DNA of 43,375 nucleotides from Deltaproteobacteria bacterium (GCA_021163285.1 JAGGXA010000028.1:1-43375); one strand, 5' to 3'. Shown: positions 20,101-28,803, counted from the stretch's first letter. Translations and numbers: made by a program. Notes: generated by a model from the sequence alone, not told the origin.

Positions 20101-21873
20101 CTGGCTCAGAAAGAATTCGGACCTATGGCAACGGGCATTGTCGGTGTAAGTGAATCACAGATAAATGAGCTGGAAAATATCGTTGAATCCTTGCGCGGGG
20201 ATCGCTCCTTGTTTGACGCACTTATCAAGGCCTTTATCTTCCAGGATATTGGAAGGGTCCCATCGTTCAGGGAAAAATATAAGGACGATATTAACCCTGC
20301 CGACTTTGCCCAGGCCGGCGCGATTTTTCTTGAAAAGGAAAAGATCGCAGAGAATTATCAGCTTGATAAAAGGGGGAAGACCTGTTTGAGCTTTTTTGTC
20401 ATGCACCATAGTCTCCTTCACCACATCGTCCGTGGTGAAATATCATTTTTTGCCATAAAGGATATCCTCGATCCGAGGGATAAAAAACTCTTTGATGCTT
20501 TCTTTCTCTTTTCCCTGATAATGCTCTCCGCTATCAGGGAGGATCTGATCCTTGAAGACCTGGCGGACAGGCTTTTCAGGATAAGAAAAATGTGCCACAA
20601 GATCATTAACAAAGATGTGGACTTTGAAGAGCAGATGAACAAAGTTTTTATTCTTAGAGGGGAACTCTTTTATGCACTTGAAGAATATGAAAAAAAAGGG
20701 CTTCCGAGAGGGGATGCGGCATTGGATCTGCTGAAGGGTATGGACTGGGAAAAACCGGAAAAATTAAAACTTGTCCGGGCAGGTAAAATGATATTTGCCA
20801 TGGAACGTTTTTTCAGAATGCTCGGCATCAGGTATGTGGAATTTTACGATCTTGTCTGCTACAAATTAAAGGTATCCATGAAAACTATCTATAACAAGAG
20901 GAAATTTGCCGGCATCGGATACTCCACCTTTGAAAGAGAACTCTTTGAGACCTATAGCACTTATATGACTTTTCAAGTCCTGCCGGAAACCATAAGACAC
21001 TTTATTCTCGATTATCTCCTGAATGATAAAATACGTTTTTTCTGGTATGAAAAGGTCAGCATGTATCTAAGCAATGAAAATCGAATAAAACTCCTCTTGT
21101 TAGGGATAATGGGGGCGGAAAAGATCAGGTCAACTAACGCTCCGGTTTGTATCGCTTTTTTTAGAATAAGCGAACAGATCGAGAAACGACATGAGGTCGT
21201 TAACGATTATTTGAGCAGTCTGTCCTTTGAGAAGATCCGAGGGAGTAAATCTCATCTGAATCACTTTTTCAAGGCCTCTGCAGGGATCTTGTTCAAGCAG
21301 ACAGGTTTTCCGAATTTCCTTTCAATCGACTTCCGGTATCATATTGATATCTCCAGACAAATAAAACATATGGGACGTATTGATAATGTTGAACAACTAA
21401 AAAGATATTACTATCAGAAGCTGCGTTCATTAAGAAAAGAGATTTTTCAAACGGATGATTATGAAGTTCAGCTTGAAAGGGCATTTGAAAAGAGGCTTGT
21501 TGAAATTACGGACATGATATTAAACCGGACAAAAAAGGAGATGGACCTTATAAGTGATTTTGAAAACCTCCATAAATTAGTCGAAGACCTTCTCGAAAGA
21601 TCATGGGACATAGGGCTTTCCGATGATCAAAGGCACAGGTTAAACGACCTTTATGAATTAAGGAAGGACAGGTTAAAGAGGGAGAAACTCACCGAAATTA
21701 ATGATAACCTGAAAACATTTCATAATGTAAATGGATTAAAAAAATACTGGGATTCCATTAAATGGGATTTACAAAAAAACCGCAGATTTTTTGGAAAAGA
21801 ATTTGAAACCCTTATTGCAAGAAAATTTGATAAGGTTAAAAAGGAAATAGAAGATGTTGTTCTGTATGGGTAG
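17173..21873 (+). CDS. Giant hypothetical protein (1,566 aa) with degenerate GlnD-like HD/helical modules
   Basis: A single uninterrupted ORF with AGGA 5 nt upstream of the ATG. There is no signal peptide, TM segment or P-loop. Two regions (nt ~18700-18990 and ~20200-20590) resemble the HD-plus-downstream-helical part of PII uridylyltransferase. The second has QD in place of HD. The C-terminal ~170 aa is coiled-coil-like. Confidence 0.7.
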   Translation: MDSADIFRHEDSFHFIKPDDFDSLGIDPADIPVGTFPSLKHPSMLPSRFGGNAYGLGMFELYDRLGPNDTSLLQSISFDNPDDLRKNHGTLNEIFKKMSLLIRVSTLGKPYYLIPAHLVSNSITHIKSKVDEITKIITFHRKKYYKEYSNIGLVMQQDDLILHEISFRFREHRFVVIDSIEKSRTITQSLDMVILTKDIFEIILMEKISTISQEMVTKKRLYQYSVYLLWKIFRMLKPDGEVFVISNCYTPKTNQITKVTFKTIQEEKNFLLFTHIFKTRKRYKLKDRSAKINVFDFQKYLSGVYVEQEVIDELLGGKDLDDMTLKQLNNLPYINFQLTDWSLLSDQERTWSNLFSIYLDKIFLKPLVPRAVKEDWRKRFSCADYTPEYMKIYLGQKKPLKITLAKIMNDVDKSGLAGCPIALLADYRDSFEYVIKTLRVIEGLKKGAYHDLPQLYLDRLRQPLENKSKRFSSLEDVIKLTGKIRRLEKISSYLNPDNIESPLTKVIKNLEFLTFFGFSHNELKEIVYIIMGHSTLERIISGKINEMALKPLSDLARNYSPEKAINLLRYCLLMTTAETEASRSAELTPGQLAELFDLYALIIRVITNRELDWDSILDEKISAMGGIHNKIIRKILMMMNYHEFLDTWPDLEQKGEMEKEALADYNEQQLFRIENVIKLVKTIDRFEEIYLKSDPLQISVFYRKLLKIEFHGTGRLFERMDSRHVVILLWMAVNLAQGGAINFNPILSDIEAGQIDEYMKKIEHEALAINTDYLYLDFLRQFQGQLYRHGKSFIIGTGFQFRTSSFNQALELTYMDMDKNIDLLDVLSKKLAGCFISEINTEDLKKVESLFSNLESFYQGHLRLLRHTDSRIKLPARQKLWFIKIKDLREFLRSNLLNVIFRPEDVYTDLDLLFRHTPAILNFILPEFTALRNIDLSFHLYMKLPVTHYIMASVRKLQALIRRNKENFQDAQYLHRLAQKEFGPMATGIVGVSESQINELENIVESLRGDRSLFDALIKAFIFQDIGRVPSFREKYKDDINPADFAQAGAIFLEKEKIAENYQLDKRGKTCLSFFVMHHSLLHHIVRGEISFFAIKDILDPRDKKLFDAFFLFSLIMLSAIREDLILEDLADRLFRIRKMCHKIINKDVDFEEQMNKVFILRGELFYALEEYEKKGLPRGDAALDLLKGMDWEKPEKLKLVRAGKMIFAMERFFRMLGIRYVEFYDLVCYKLKVSMKTIYNKRKFAGIGYSTFERELFETYSTYMTFQVLPETIRHFILDYLLNDKIRFFWYEKVSMYLSNENRIKLLLLGIMGAEKIRSTNAPVCIAFFRISEQIEKRHEVVNDYLSSLSFEKIRGSKSHLNHFFKASAGILFKQTGFPNFLSIDFRYHIDISRQIKHMGRIDNVEQLKRYYYQKLRSLRKEIFQTDDYEVQLERAFEKRLVEITDMILNRTKKEMDLISDFENLHKLVEDLLERSWDIGLSDDQRHRLNDLYELRKDRLKREKLTEINDNLKTFHNVNGLKKYWDSIKWDLQKNRRFFGKEFETLIARKFDKVKKEIEDVVLYG

Positions 21874-21974
21874 GGGGCAGCCGTTCCTCAAGATCAAATT
21901 TATCCTGTTCCTTCGACATTCATAATTCCCTGTTCGATATTCGACATGCAAAAAATGCTCTTCACTCTTTTTTA

Positions 21975-22075
21975 ATTACTTTTTTGTATTGCGCTCATCC
22001 AATCTACAAACTTTTTCCTTCGCTCCCGGGTTATGTCGCCGTTCGTCGTTCCCGGGCAGAGCCCGGGAACGAAAA
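21975..22075. repeat. REP-like repeat family 4 copy (includes hairpin GTTCCCGGGC-AGA-GCCCGGGAAC)
   Basis: It shares the modules TTACTTTTTGTATTGC and TTCCTTCGCTCC..GGTT.T.TC.CCGTTCGTC.GTTCCC with 32296-32368, in rearranged orientation. Confidence 0.6.
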
Positions 22076-22124
22076 AAATAACCTTACAGATATACAGACT
22101 TTAAAGCAAAGGGCGCGGCAACGA

Positions 22125-22156
22125 GGGAAAAGGCGGTCAAAGACCTTTGACCGCCC
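22125..22156 (-). terminator. Intrinsic terminator of the S8 protease gene
   Basis: Hairpin GGCGGTCAAAG-AC-CTTTGACCGCC with an 11-bp stem, 23 nt after the stop. On the minus strand it is followed by TTTTCCC. Confidence 0.65.
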
Positions 22157-22178
22157 GTAATTCCTCAAAACGCACCGC

Positions 22179-24368
22179 CTAAGGCATTGCCTTGAGCACC
22201 GCCTTTCCTGCGTTGACCCTGCCGTGCCCGGTGCTATTATCCCTTCCCGGAGCTCCAATATCGTCACAGGAATTATAAAGCTTCTTTTTCACCTTCTTCT
22301 GTGTAAGGTCGGGATTTACGGACAGCATCAATGCAACTACGCCCGCTGCAAGGGGGCAGGCGCTTGATGTCCCGTTAAAACTCAGAGTATAGTCGCCCTC
22401 TTCATAACCATCTTCACCGCTTATATCGGTAGTCGGGATCTGGACTCCCGGGGCTGCAACGTCGAGCTGACTGCCCTTGTTGCTTCCCCACCAGAACTCG
22501 CCGTCACAGCTTTTGGGGCTCTTGCGCTGATCACACGGGCTTAAAGCGCCAACGGCTATGACCTCCTTGAGCTTTGCAGGATATGATACCTTTCCATTAT
22601 TGTTTCCGCTTGCAAAAAGGACAACGCATCCAAGTCCGTCCCTTCCATCATTTTTTGCATTCCTGATTGCATTTTTAATCGTATCTGAGGGAGATCCTCC
22701 GCCCCAGCTATTGCTGAGTACATCGGCCCCGTGCTCCCATGCCCATGTAATTCCATCTGCTGTCCAGGCGTCAGAGGTCACCCACCCCCCCCAGGAATCG
22801 CCGTATGCGATCCTGACAGGCATGATCCTGACTCCGGGCGCAACCCCCGTGATCCCGATGCCGTTGCCTGCCACTGCTGCAATTATTCCGGCGCAGCATG
22901 TTCCGTGCGCGTCGTCACTGTCGGGTTCCTGTCCTCCTTGGGTGTCTCCTGTTGGCTGGTCGGTTGCGTCATAACCTGCAACGAGGTTGGCTGAAAGATC
23001 AGGATGAACAAGATCGACACCCTCATCAATTACCGCAACGATTATGTCGGAATCGCCGGTTGTGGTTTCCCAGGCCTCCGGCGCATCGACGTCGGCATTT
23101 TCCCTGCCGCCGTTCTGCCCGATATTATTTAATGACCACTGCCTGCAGGATAGAGGATCGCCTGATATATCGACAAGACTGTCTGTGAACTTGTTGATTA
23201 TTACGTCATCCACATAAGCGCCCTTTGCGCCGGTTGAGGAATCGCTTTCAAACAAAAGAGCAAACCAGACTTGGGATGCGCCTGAAAGGTCTCCAAGAGA
23301 CGGCACATCAGCAAGGTTATCCTTGGTATTCATCCAGTGGTAATAATCGGCCCAGTAACCGCTATAGCCATAGCCGTAAAAGTTTGAGCCGTCAGTGGAT
23401 ACCAGATACCATAACGAATCATAATAGGTCTCGGTCTTAATCCAGTTCTTGAAAGTTATTTCGGCATAATGTGCATCCGCGAGGGAAAACGGGCCGTAAA
23501 TCATCCATGCATCCATGTCATCCGGATAATCCTTCCCTGGCTTGACTCCATCGTCCCCGCCTTTTGCGCACCATACGCTCTTTGAAGGGCTTTTGTATTT
23601 CTTGCCTGTCTTGCCCCAATATGCCTCACCGCTGCCAGTATTAGCATCAAAGACATCCCAGTTCTCTCCTGGAAATGCTCCTCCGAATTTATCCTTGAAA
23701 ATTGTTTTCAACTGTTTTTTGCCCGCCTTCATCGGAGATGGTCCGGATGCGTCAGCGAAATTATCGGGGCCGGTCTTTAAAGAAAGAGGCCTGTCCAACA
23801 CCTTATGAACGGGCTTTGGTCCTTCCGGCCTAATCTTGAGACTGCGGAAGAAGTCAGGATGCGCATACTCGGTTTCATCCAATAAATAATACTTGTTTGA
23901 AACGGCTATGGCATCCTCTCCACGTTTGACCTTGAGCTCTAAAAGGTAGCTTCCATCAAGAAGCATCCTCTTTATAACGGCGCCATTTGCCTTGTTTATT
24001 GCATTTATGTCATCCTTGCTTATGCAGGGAAGGAATCTGACGATTATTTCATTTGTAGGAGCAAGCCTGGCCCCGGGTTTGCCGTAAACCTGCGAGACAT
24101 AAAGGACGTCGGATGAAGTCTCAAGCGCGCTTCTTGCGCCGGCATCCGCGACCTTCTGAATAACCCTGTTGTTTTTGAGAACAAAAACATCCTCTCCGTC
24201 CGCCTTGATGTCCGGTGGAAGCGCTCTGTATTTAATCAGCAAAAAATCATCGTCAGGCTGAAGCATAATTTTATGTCCGTCGGAATAATAAAATACATCG
24301 CCGTCAAACGCAGCGGCAGGCAATGCAATCATGGTCAGGAGCATTGCCAGGAATAAAATTTTTTTCAT
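22179..24368 (-). CDS. Secreted subtilisin-family (S8) serine protease with an inserted beta-rich domain
   Basis: Signal peptide MKKILFLAMLLTMIALPAAA. Catalytic triad contexts VAVIDEGVD, HGTCCAGIIAA and NGTSSACPLAAG, plus SNSWGG. The propeptide-like region ends at EYAHPDF. I place the start at ATG 24368, 9 nt after GAGGAGG. The tracked TTG at 24374 is too close to the SD. Confidence 0.9.
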   Translation of the reverse strand: MKKILFLAMLLTMIALPAAAFDGDVFYYSDGHKIMLQPDDDFLLIKYRALPPDIKADGEDVFVLKNNRVIQKVADAGARSALETSSDVLYVSQVYGKPGARLAPTNEIIVRFLPCISKDDINAINKANGAVIKRMLLDGSYLLELKVKRGEDAIAVSNKYYLLDETEYAHPDFFRSLKIRPEGPKPVHKVLDRPLSLKTGPDNFADASGPSPMKAGKKQLKTIFKDKFGGAFPGENWDVFDANTGSGEAYWGKTGKKYKSPSKSVWCAKGGDDGVKPGKDYPDDMDAWMIYGPFSLADAHYAEITFKNWIKTETYYDSLWYLVSTDGSNFYGYGYSGYWADYYHWMNTKDNLADVPSLGDLSGASQVWFALLFESDSSTGAKGAYVDDVIINKFTDSLVDISGDPLSCRQWSLNNIGQNGGRENADVDAPEAWETTTGDSDIIVAVIDEGVDLVHPDLSANLVAGYDATDQPTGDTQGGQEPDSDDAHGTCCAGIIAAVAGNGIGITGVAPGVRIMPVRIAYGDSWGGWVTSDAWTADGITWAWEHGADVLSNSWGGGSPSDTIKNAIRNAKNDGRDGLGCVVLFASGNNNGKVSYPAKLKEVIAVGALSPCDQRKSPKSCDGEFWWGSNKGSQLDVAAPGVQIPTTDISGEDGYEEGDYTLSFNGTSSACPLAAGVVALMLSVNPDLTQKKVKKKLYNSCDDIGAPGRDNSTGHGRVNAGKAVLKAMP

Positions 24369-24408
24369 TTTCAATTTCCTCCTCTTTTAAATTATTGATG
24401 ATTTGCCT

Positions 24409-24585
24409 GGGAGGCTGTCCGGAAATGCCCTTTCCCACAAACTCTGCGTTACGCGAAAAAAATTATCCTGGAAGGTAAGCAAGCTTGCGAGACTCCGATA
24501 TCAACTATATGCCTGCGGTAATTTTTTTCACAAGCCTTGATTTTGGAAAAATTTTGGAAAAAATTGCTATTTCCGGACAGCCTCC
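24409..24585. mobile_element. MITE-like element, family 1 (termini GGGAGGCTGTCCGGAAA / TTTCCGGACAGCCTCC)
   Basis: The terminal inverted repeats are near-perfect over about 17 bp. The interior matches 29974-30286, apart from the extra nested segment in that copy. It sits in the divergent S8-protease/priA promoter region. Confidence 0.75.
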
Positions 24586-24790
24586 GAGGATAAAACTTAT
24601 CGTGAATCGTAAACATGTTTTATAATCAGATTCATACCGAAATGTCAACATGAAAAAGAGGGAAAAGGCGCGTGTTTATGTATAAAGCGCATAGCTCTTT
24701 TCTGTCGAGGCTTTGCCTCAAACCGACAACCGAAAAAACAAATTACGGCTGCCCCTCGACTTTTATAACGTTTGAGCATATGCTGAATAC

Positions 24791-27328
24791 ATGAATCAAA
24801 TTAATGATAACAACCTGTCAGGCCGGTCACATATCAGTCTGCCTCTCTTAACAGGGGATGACCGGCGCATTAATGGTAAAGATGAGCCCTGCCGGATATG
24901 CCTGAGGATTGCAGTTGATGTCCCGGTAAAGGGCGCCTTTTCTTACCTCGCTCCGGAAAAAGAGGCTTCCATATTCCAGGTGGGGTGCATGGTCAAAGTG
25001 CCTTTTAAAAACCAGAAGGTCACAGGCTATGTCCTTGAAAAAATCCCCCTGGATAATAAACTGGATTTAAAAGAAATATCATCACTGGTCTATCCGGAAC
25101 CTCTGTTCCATGAACAGATGGTGCCCTTTTTTGAATGGATAGCCCGTTATTATGTCTATCCTGTCGGTCAGGTTATTAAGTGGGTATTGCCTGGCGGCAT
25201 GAATATGAATTCCTGTAAGACAGCCTCTTTAACGGATTTGGGAATGAGTATCTTAAAAACTCTGACTCCAGGATCTGAAGAACAGGAGATCCTCAAATGG
25301 GTAAAAGACAACCCGGGAAAAAGGACTCCATGGCCGATCCGGAGACTTGTTTCCTTCAAGAAGAAGGGGTGGCTGATTATTTCGGAGCGGACAGGAAAAA
25401 GAAGGATGGGACCTCTTGAGCGTAAGTTTGTGAAGATTAATGATCCAGACCTTCTTGATGCCATCCTTGCTCAAAAGCCGGACACATTAAAGGCAAATGA
25501 TGAGCTGGAATTTCTGAAAACGGTTTCCGTATCCGGCGACATGCTTTTAAAAGATCTTACTTCAAGATTTAAGACCGGTTCTTACCTTGTGAACAAATGG
25601 AGAAAAAAAGGGGTGCTTAAGACATACACACGAGTTGTTTACAGAAATCCGGCAGGAAATATCATATTCCCGTCTAAAATCCCGGAAAAGCTTTATAAAC
25701 AGCAGATAAGGGCGCTTGATTATATTAATGCTGCTATTGACAGGGGTATTTTCTCTTCCTGTCTTCTCTTCGGAGTGACCGGGAGCGGAAAAACGGAGGT
25801 ATATTGCAGGGCCGCAGAACATGCAGTCAGGCGGGGAAGGCAGGTAATACTGATGGTCCCTGAAATAGCCCTTGCCAACTATATGGAAGGTCTTGTCAGG
25901 TCCAGGGTCGGAAGCAGAACGGCTATCTATCACAGCGGGCTCGGCAGGGGCGAGAGATACGATGAATGGATGCGGATGGTGAGGGGGGAAGTGGATATTG
26001 TTATAGGCGCCCGCTCAGCCCTGTTTGCGCCTCTTCCGAGGCTGGGACTGATCATCGTGGATGAAGAGCATGACCCGGCCTATAAAGAGGAGGGTGGAAT
26101 CAGATACCAGGCAAGGGATGCGGCGGTTGTAAGGGCGAAGATTGAGAAGGCCGTTGTCGTACATGGTTCAGGCACTCCTTCGGTTCAATCTTATGAAAAC
26201 TGTTTAAGCGGAAGATATCACCTGCTTTCGATGCCGGAAAGGGTAGAAAAACGACCTCCGCCTGAAGTGGAGATCGTGGATATGAGGACATTAAAAGACA
26301 CCCCGCAAAAAAAAGAGATGCTGAGTCCCAGGCTCAAGGAGGCCATTAGCCAAAACCTGACGGCCGGGAATCAGACGATTCTCTTCCTGAACCGGAGGGG
26401 TTTTCACCGTTTATTCCTTTGCAGGTCATGTGGCGAGTCGATACGCTGCCCCAACTGCGATGTAGCGCTTGTATATCATCTTAAGGAAGATCGTTTATCC
26501 TGTCACTACTGCGGATTTCATTCCGGCACACAGTTGAAATGCTCATCATGCGGGCGTAAAGGTCTTAAGGCGTATGGTTTCGGCACGGAAAAACTGGAGC
26601 AGGAGATCAAAGGGCTTTTCCCTGAAGCCCGTATCTCAAGGTTAGATACGGATACCACACAAAAAAAAGGCCGCACCATACAAATACTCAAACAGTTCAG
26701 TGATCATGAGACGGATATTCTTGTGGGCACTCAGATGCTCACAAAGGGATATGATTTCCCAATGGTTACGCTGGTCGGAGTTATCGCCGCGGATCTTTCA
26801 CTTTCATTTCCGGATTTCAGGGCCGGCGAGCGTACTTTCCAGATATTGTCCCAGGTAGTCGGCAGGGCGGGGCGGGGAAGCCGGAGCGGCAGGGTAATTA
26901 TCCAGACCTTTAATCCTGATAACTATGCAATATGTGCTGCAGCCGCTCATGATTATCAGTCTTTTTTCAATAACGAAAAGGAACTGAGGAAGCAGCTTGG
27001 TTACCCGCCTTTTTTACATCTGACAGGCCTGAGACTTCAAGGCAACAGCGAAAAAAAGACTGCTGAATCCGCCCAAAGGGTGGGCCGGGATATGAGAGAG
27101 ATATTATCCAAGTGGCCTGAAAGAGGGAAAGAGCTGCAGGTATTAGGGCCGGTGGAGGCTTCTATATCAAAGATAAAAGGTAAATACAGGTGGCAGATCC
27201 TGGTAAAGAGCAAGAGCATTTCTCTTATGCGGCACTATCTCCTTGAAGTAGAAAGGATTTCAAAAAAAACACTTCAGTCAAGCGGTGTTCAGCTCATTTC
27301 AGATATTGATCCGTATCAGATGATGTAA
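24791..27328 (+). CDS. priA: Primosomal protein N' (replication restart helicase PriA)
   Basis: 845 aa. Walker A GVTGSGKTEVY and DEEHD. Cys-rich zinc insertion CRSCGESIRCPNCDVALVYH...CHYCG...CSSCG. About 40 aa of N-terminal extension precedes the usual PriA start. Confidence 0.9.
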   Translation: MNQINDNNLSGRSHISLPLLTGDDRRINGKDEPCRICLRIAVDVPVKGAFSYLAPEKEASIFQVGCMVKVPFKNQKVTGYVLEKIPLDNKLDLKEISSLVYPEPLFHEQMVPFFEWIARYYVYPVGQVIKWVLPGGMNMNSCKTASLTDLGMSILKTLTPGSEEQEILKWVKDNPGKRTPWPIRRLVSFKKKGWLIISERTGKRRMGPLERKFVKINDPDLLDAILAQKPDTLKANDELEFLKTVSVSGDMLLKDLTSRFKTGSYLVNKWRKKGVLKTYTRVVYRNPAGNIIFPSKIPEKLYKQQIRALDYINAAIDRGIFSSCLLFGVTGSGKTEVYCRAAEHAVRRGRQVILMVPEIALANYMEGLVRSRVGSRTAIYHSGLGRGERYDEWMRMVRGEVDIVIGARSALFAPLPRLGLIIVDEEHDPAYKEEGGIRYQARDAAVVRAKIEKAVVVHGSGTPSVQSYENCLSGRYHLLSMPERVEKRPPPEVEIVDMRTLKDTPQKKEMLSPRLKEAISQNLTAGNQTILFLNRRGFHRLFLCRSCGESIRCPNCDVALVYHLKEDRLSCHYCGFHSGTQLKCSSCGRKGLKAYGFGTEKLEQEIKGLFPEARISRLDTDTTQKKGRTIQILKQFSDHETDILVGTQMLTKGYDFPMVTLVGVIAADLSLSFPDFRAGERTFQILSQVVGRAGRGSRSGRVIIQTFNPDNYAICAAAAHDYQSFFNNEKELRKQLGYPPFLHLTGLRLQGNSEKKTAESAQRVGRDMREILSKWPERGKELQVLGPVEASISKIKGKYRWQILVKSKSISLMRHYLLEVERISKKTLQSSGVQLISDIDPYQMM

Positions 27329-27347
27329 GGGTTCAGGGGTTCCGGGT

Positions 27348-28292
27348 TCAACCCTCTGATGCTTGTCCCTTTTCCAGCAAGGCTATCTCCTCTTCAATCT
27401 CTTCTATAGCCATAAGCTGATGAGGTCTGACCGAATGAGGCGGCAGGGCAGCTTCCCTTTCCCGCAGCTCTTCCCTTAATTTTGCAAGTTTTTTCTTGCG
27501 CTCCTCTTGCTCGCGGCTGATTTCATTTTCAGCCCTTCTGACCTCTTTTACAAACTTTTTCACCTTCCCGAAATCCTTGTTAAATCTTATTGCTTTTCCC
27601 TCTTCATCCATTCTGTTGGTCAGAGTGCAGCTATCCGCGCCCGCAGGCAAAACTCCGGTGATGGCTCCATAAACATTTTCAGGAGAAAGCCCGCCTGCGA
27701 GGATGACAGGGATCCTGCTCTGAAGGACAAGTCCCCTTGCAATTTTCCAGTCTGCTGTTTCTCCTGTAATTCCAATAAATCCGTTGACAGGCCCTTTTTC
27801 GAGGAAGGTATCCGTCAGGAAGATATCGCTTGCCGGTTCAAGACTTCGGGCAATTTTCAGGGTGGGAAAATTCGGGTTTATATCTCTTTTGGGGACAGGA
27901 ATGGAGCGCATGATCTTTATCTCAGGAAATTTTTCCTTCAGGTTTGATTGAACCTCGATAAAATTATCCAGATCAACTTCCCGACCATTATGATCCGTAA
28001 GGCTGTCGCAAAAATGGACGTAATGGGGCTGATAGTAGTCAAGAGCCCTGTACAGGGTGTCAATATCCTTAAAAAGAGGGATGATGCTGTTTTTAATATC
28101 CGTTCCTTCCGTCAGACGCATGACATCTTTCAAGACCGGCGAATGCCGGTTTTCCCCGGACAAAAGGACACTGCCTATATGGTCTACACCTGATTCAATG
28201 CATTTTTCCGCCTCAAGCGGTGTCTGGATCTCATAGATTTGAATTAACATTTTCAAATAATACATCGGAATGATGTTTATTGTCCATAACAT
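27348..28292 (-). CDS. Phosphoribosylanthranilate isomerase (TrpF)-like TIM-barrel protein with a C-terminal coiled-coil extension
   Basis: TrpF-like motifs IQIYEIQTPLEA...GVDHIG, GITGETADW and PVILAGGLSPENV. The last ~70 aa are a charged heptad-like tail (EISREQEERKKKLAKLREELREREA). GAGG lies 4 nt upstream of ATG 28292. Confidence 0.55.
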   Translation of the reverse strand: MLWTINIIPMYYLKMLIQIYEIQTPLEAEKCIESGVDHIGSVLLSGENRHSPVLKDVMRLTEGTDIKNSIIPLFKDIDTLYRALDYYQPHYVHFCDSLTDHNGREVDLDNFIEVQSNLKEKFPEIKIMRSIPVPKRDINPNFPTLKIARSLEPASDIFLTDTFLEKGPVNGFIGITGETADWKIARGLVLQSRIPVILAGGLSPENVYGAITGVLPAGADSCTLTNRMDEEGKAIRFNKDFGKVKKFVKEVRRAENEISREQEERKKKLAKLREELREREAALPPHSVRPHQLMAIEEIEEEIALLEKGQASEG

Positions 28293-28301
28293 ATCGCCTC
28301 A

Positions 28302-28366
28302 CTCGTTACCACGCTCCGGCGCGGTAACGCATACCCTCCGGCGCAAAGCGCTGGAACAGGGAGAAC
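28302..28366. repeat. REP-like repeat family 4 copy
   Basis: CTCGTTACCACGCTCCGGCGCGGTAACGCATACC...GCGCTGGAACAGGGAGAAC aligns by eye with 32245-32312. Confidence 0.6.
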
Positions 28367-28624
28367 AAGGGATAAGGTGAACTGCTGCAAAAAGGATTAA
28401 GCGCTAAAATATGAAAATGTCGAAATAGTAATATCAGCCTCAATTTTATCAACGTCCGCCGGAAAACCTCAGGTATATGAGTCAATTCCAAAACGGGGGT
28501 GTTTTGAAAATAGCTCGTATGTTTGTAATTTCTTCTTGACATGTAAAATGACAAACGAGTAATTTCCATAATAATAAGAAAAAATTTAAAGTCAGGCATC
28601 CTTTATTTGTCAGTTTACATTTTT

Positions 28625-28713
28625 GGGAACCGGCTTTAACTGGCCCGGTTCCCATGTTCCAGTGCGGGAACCCCCATATGCTATGCATTCCCACGCTGGA
28701 GCGCGGGAACGAG
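28625..28713. repeat. REP-like repeat family 4 copy (paired hairpins)
   Basis: GGGAACCGG...CCGGTTCCC, then TTCCAGTGCGGGAAC, then TTCCCACGCTGGAGCGCGGGAACGAG. The last unit is the same as at 32251-32312. Confidence 0.6.
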
Positions 28714-28803
28714 AAAAAATTAGACAGCTTTTATTTTAATTGCTTAATCAATCGTACGGAAACCCGGACCATAATGAAAATTATTATTTAAGGAGATGTG
28801 CCA

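Noticed and set aside
22040-22075. The hairpin GTTCCCGGGC-AGA-GCCCGGGAAC might act as a terminator for the giant ORF or the protease gene.
   Set aside because: On the plus strand it is followed by an A-run. On the minus strand the T-run precedes it. The polarity is therefore wrong for either gene, and it is part of a family 4 repeat. The real protease terminator is at 22125-22156.
28625-28713. Palindromic GTTCCC...GGGAAC units, here and at 4211, 22049, 28302 and 32251, superficially resemble CRISPR repeats.
   Set aside because: The units are dispersed across the window, irregularly spaced and variable in sequence. They do not alternate with unique spacers of constant length, and no cas genes are present. 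They behave like REP/MITE-type repeats.
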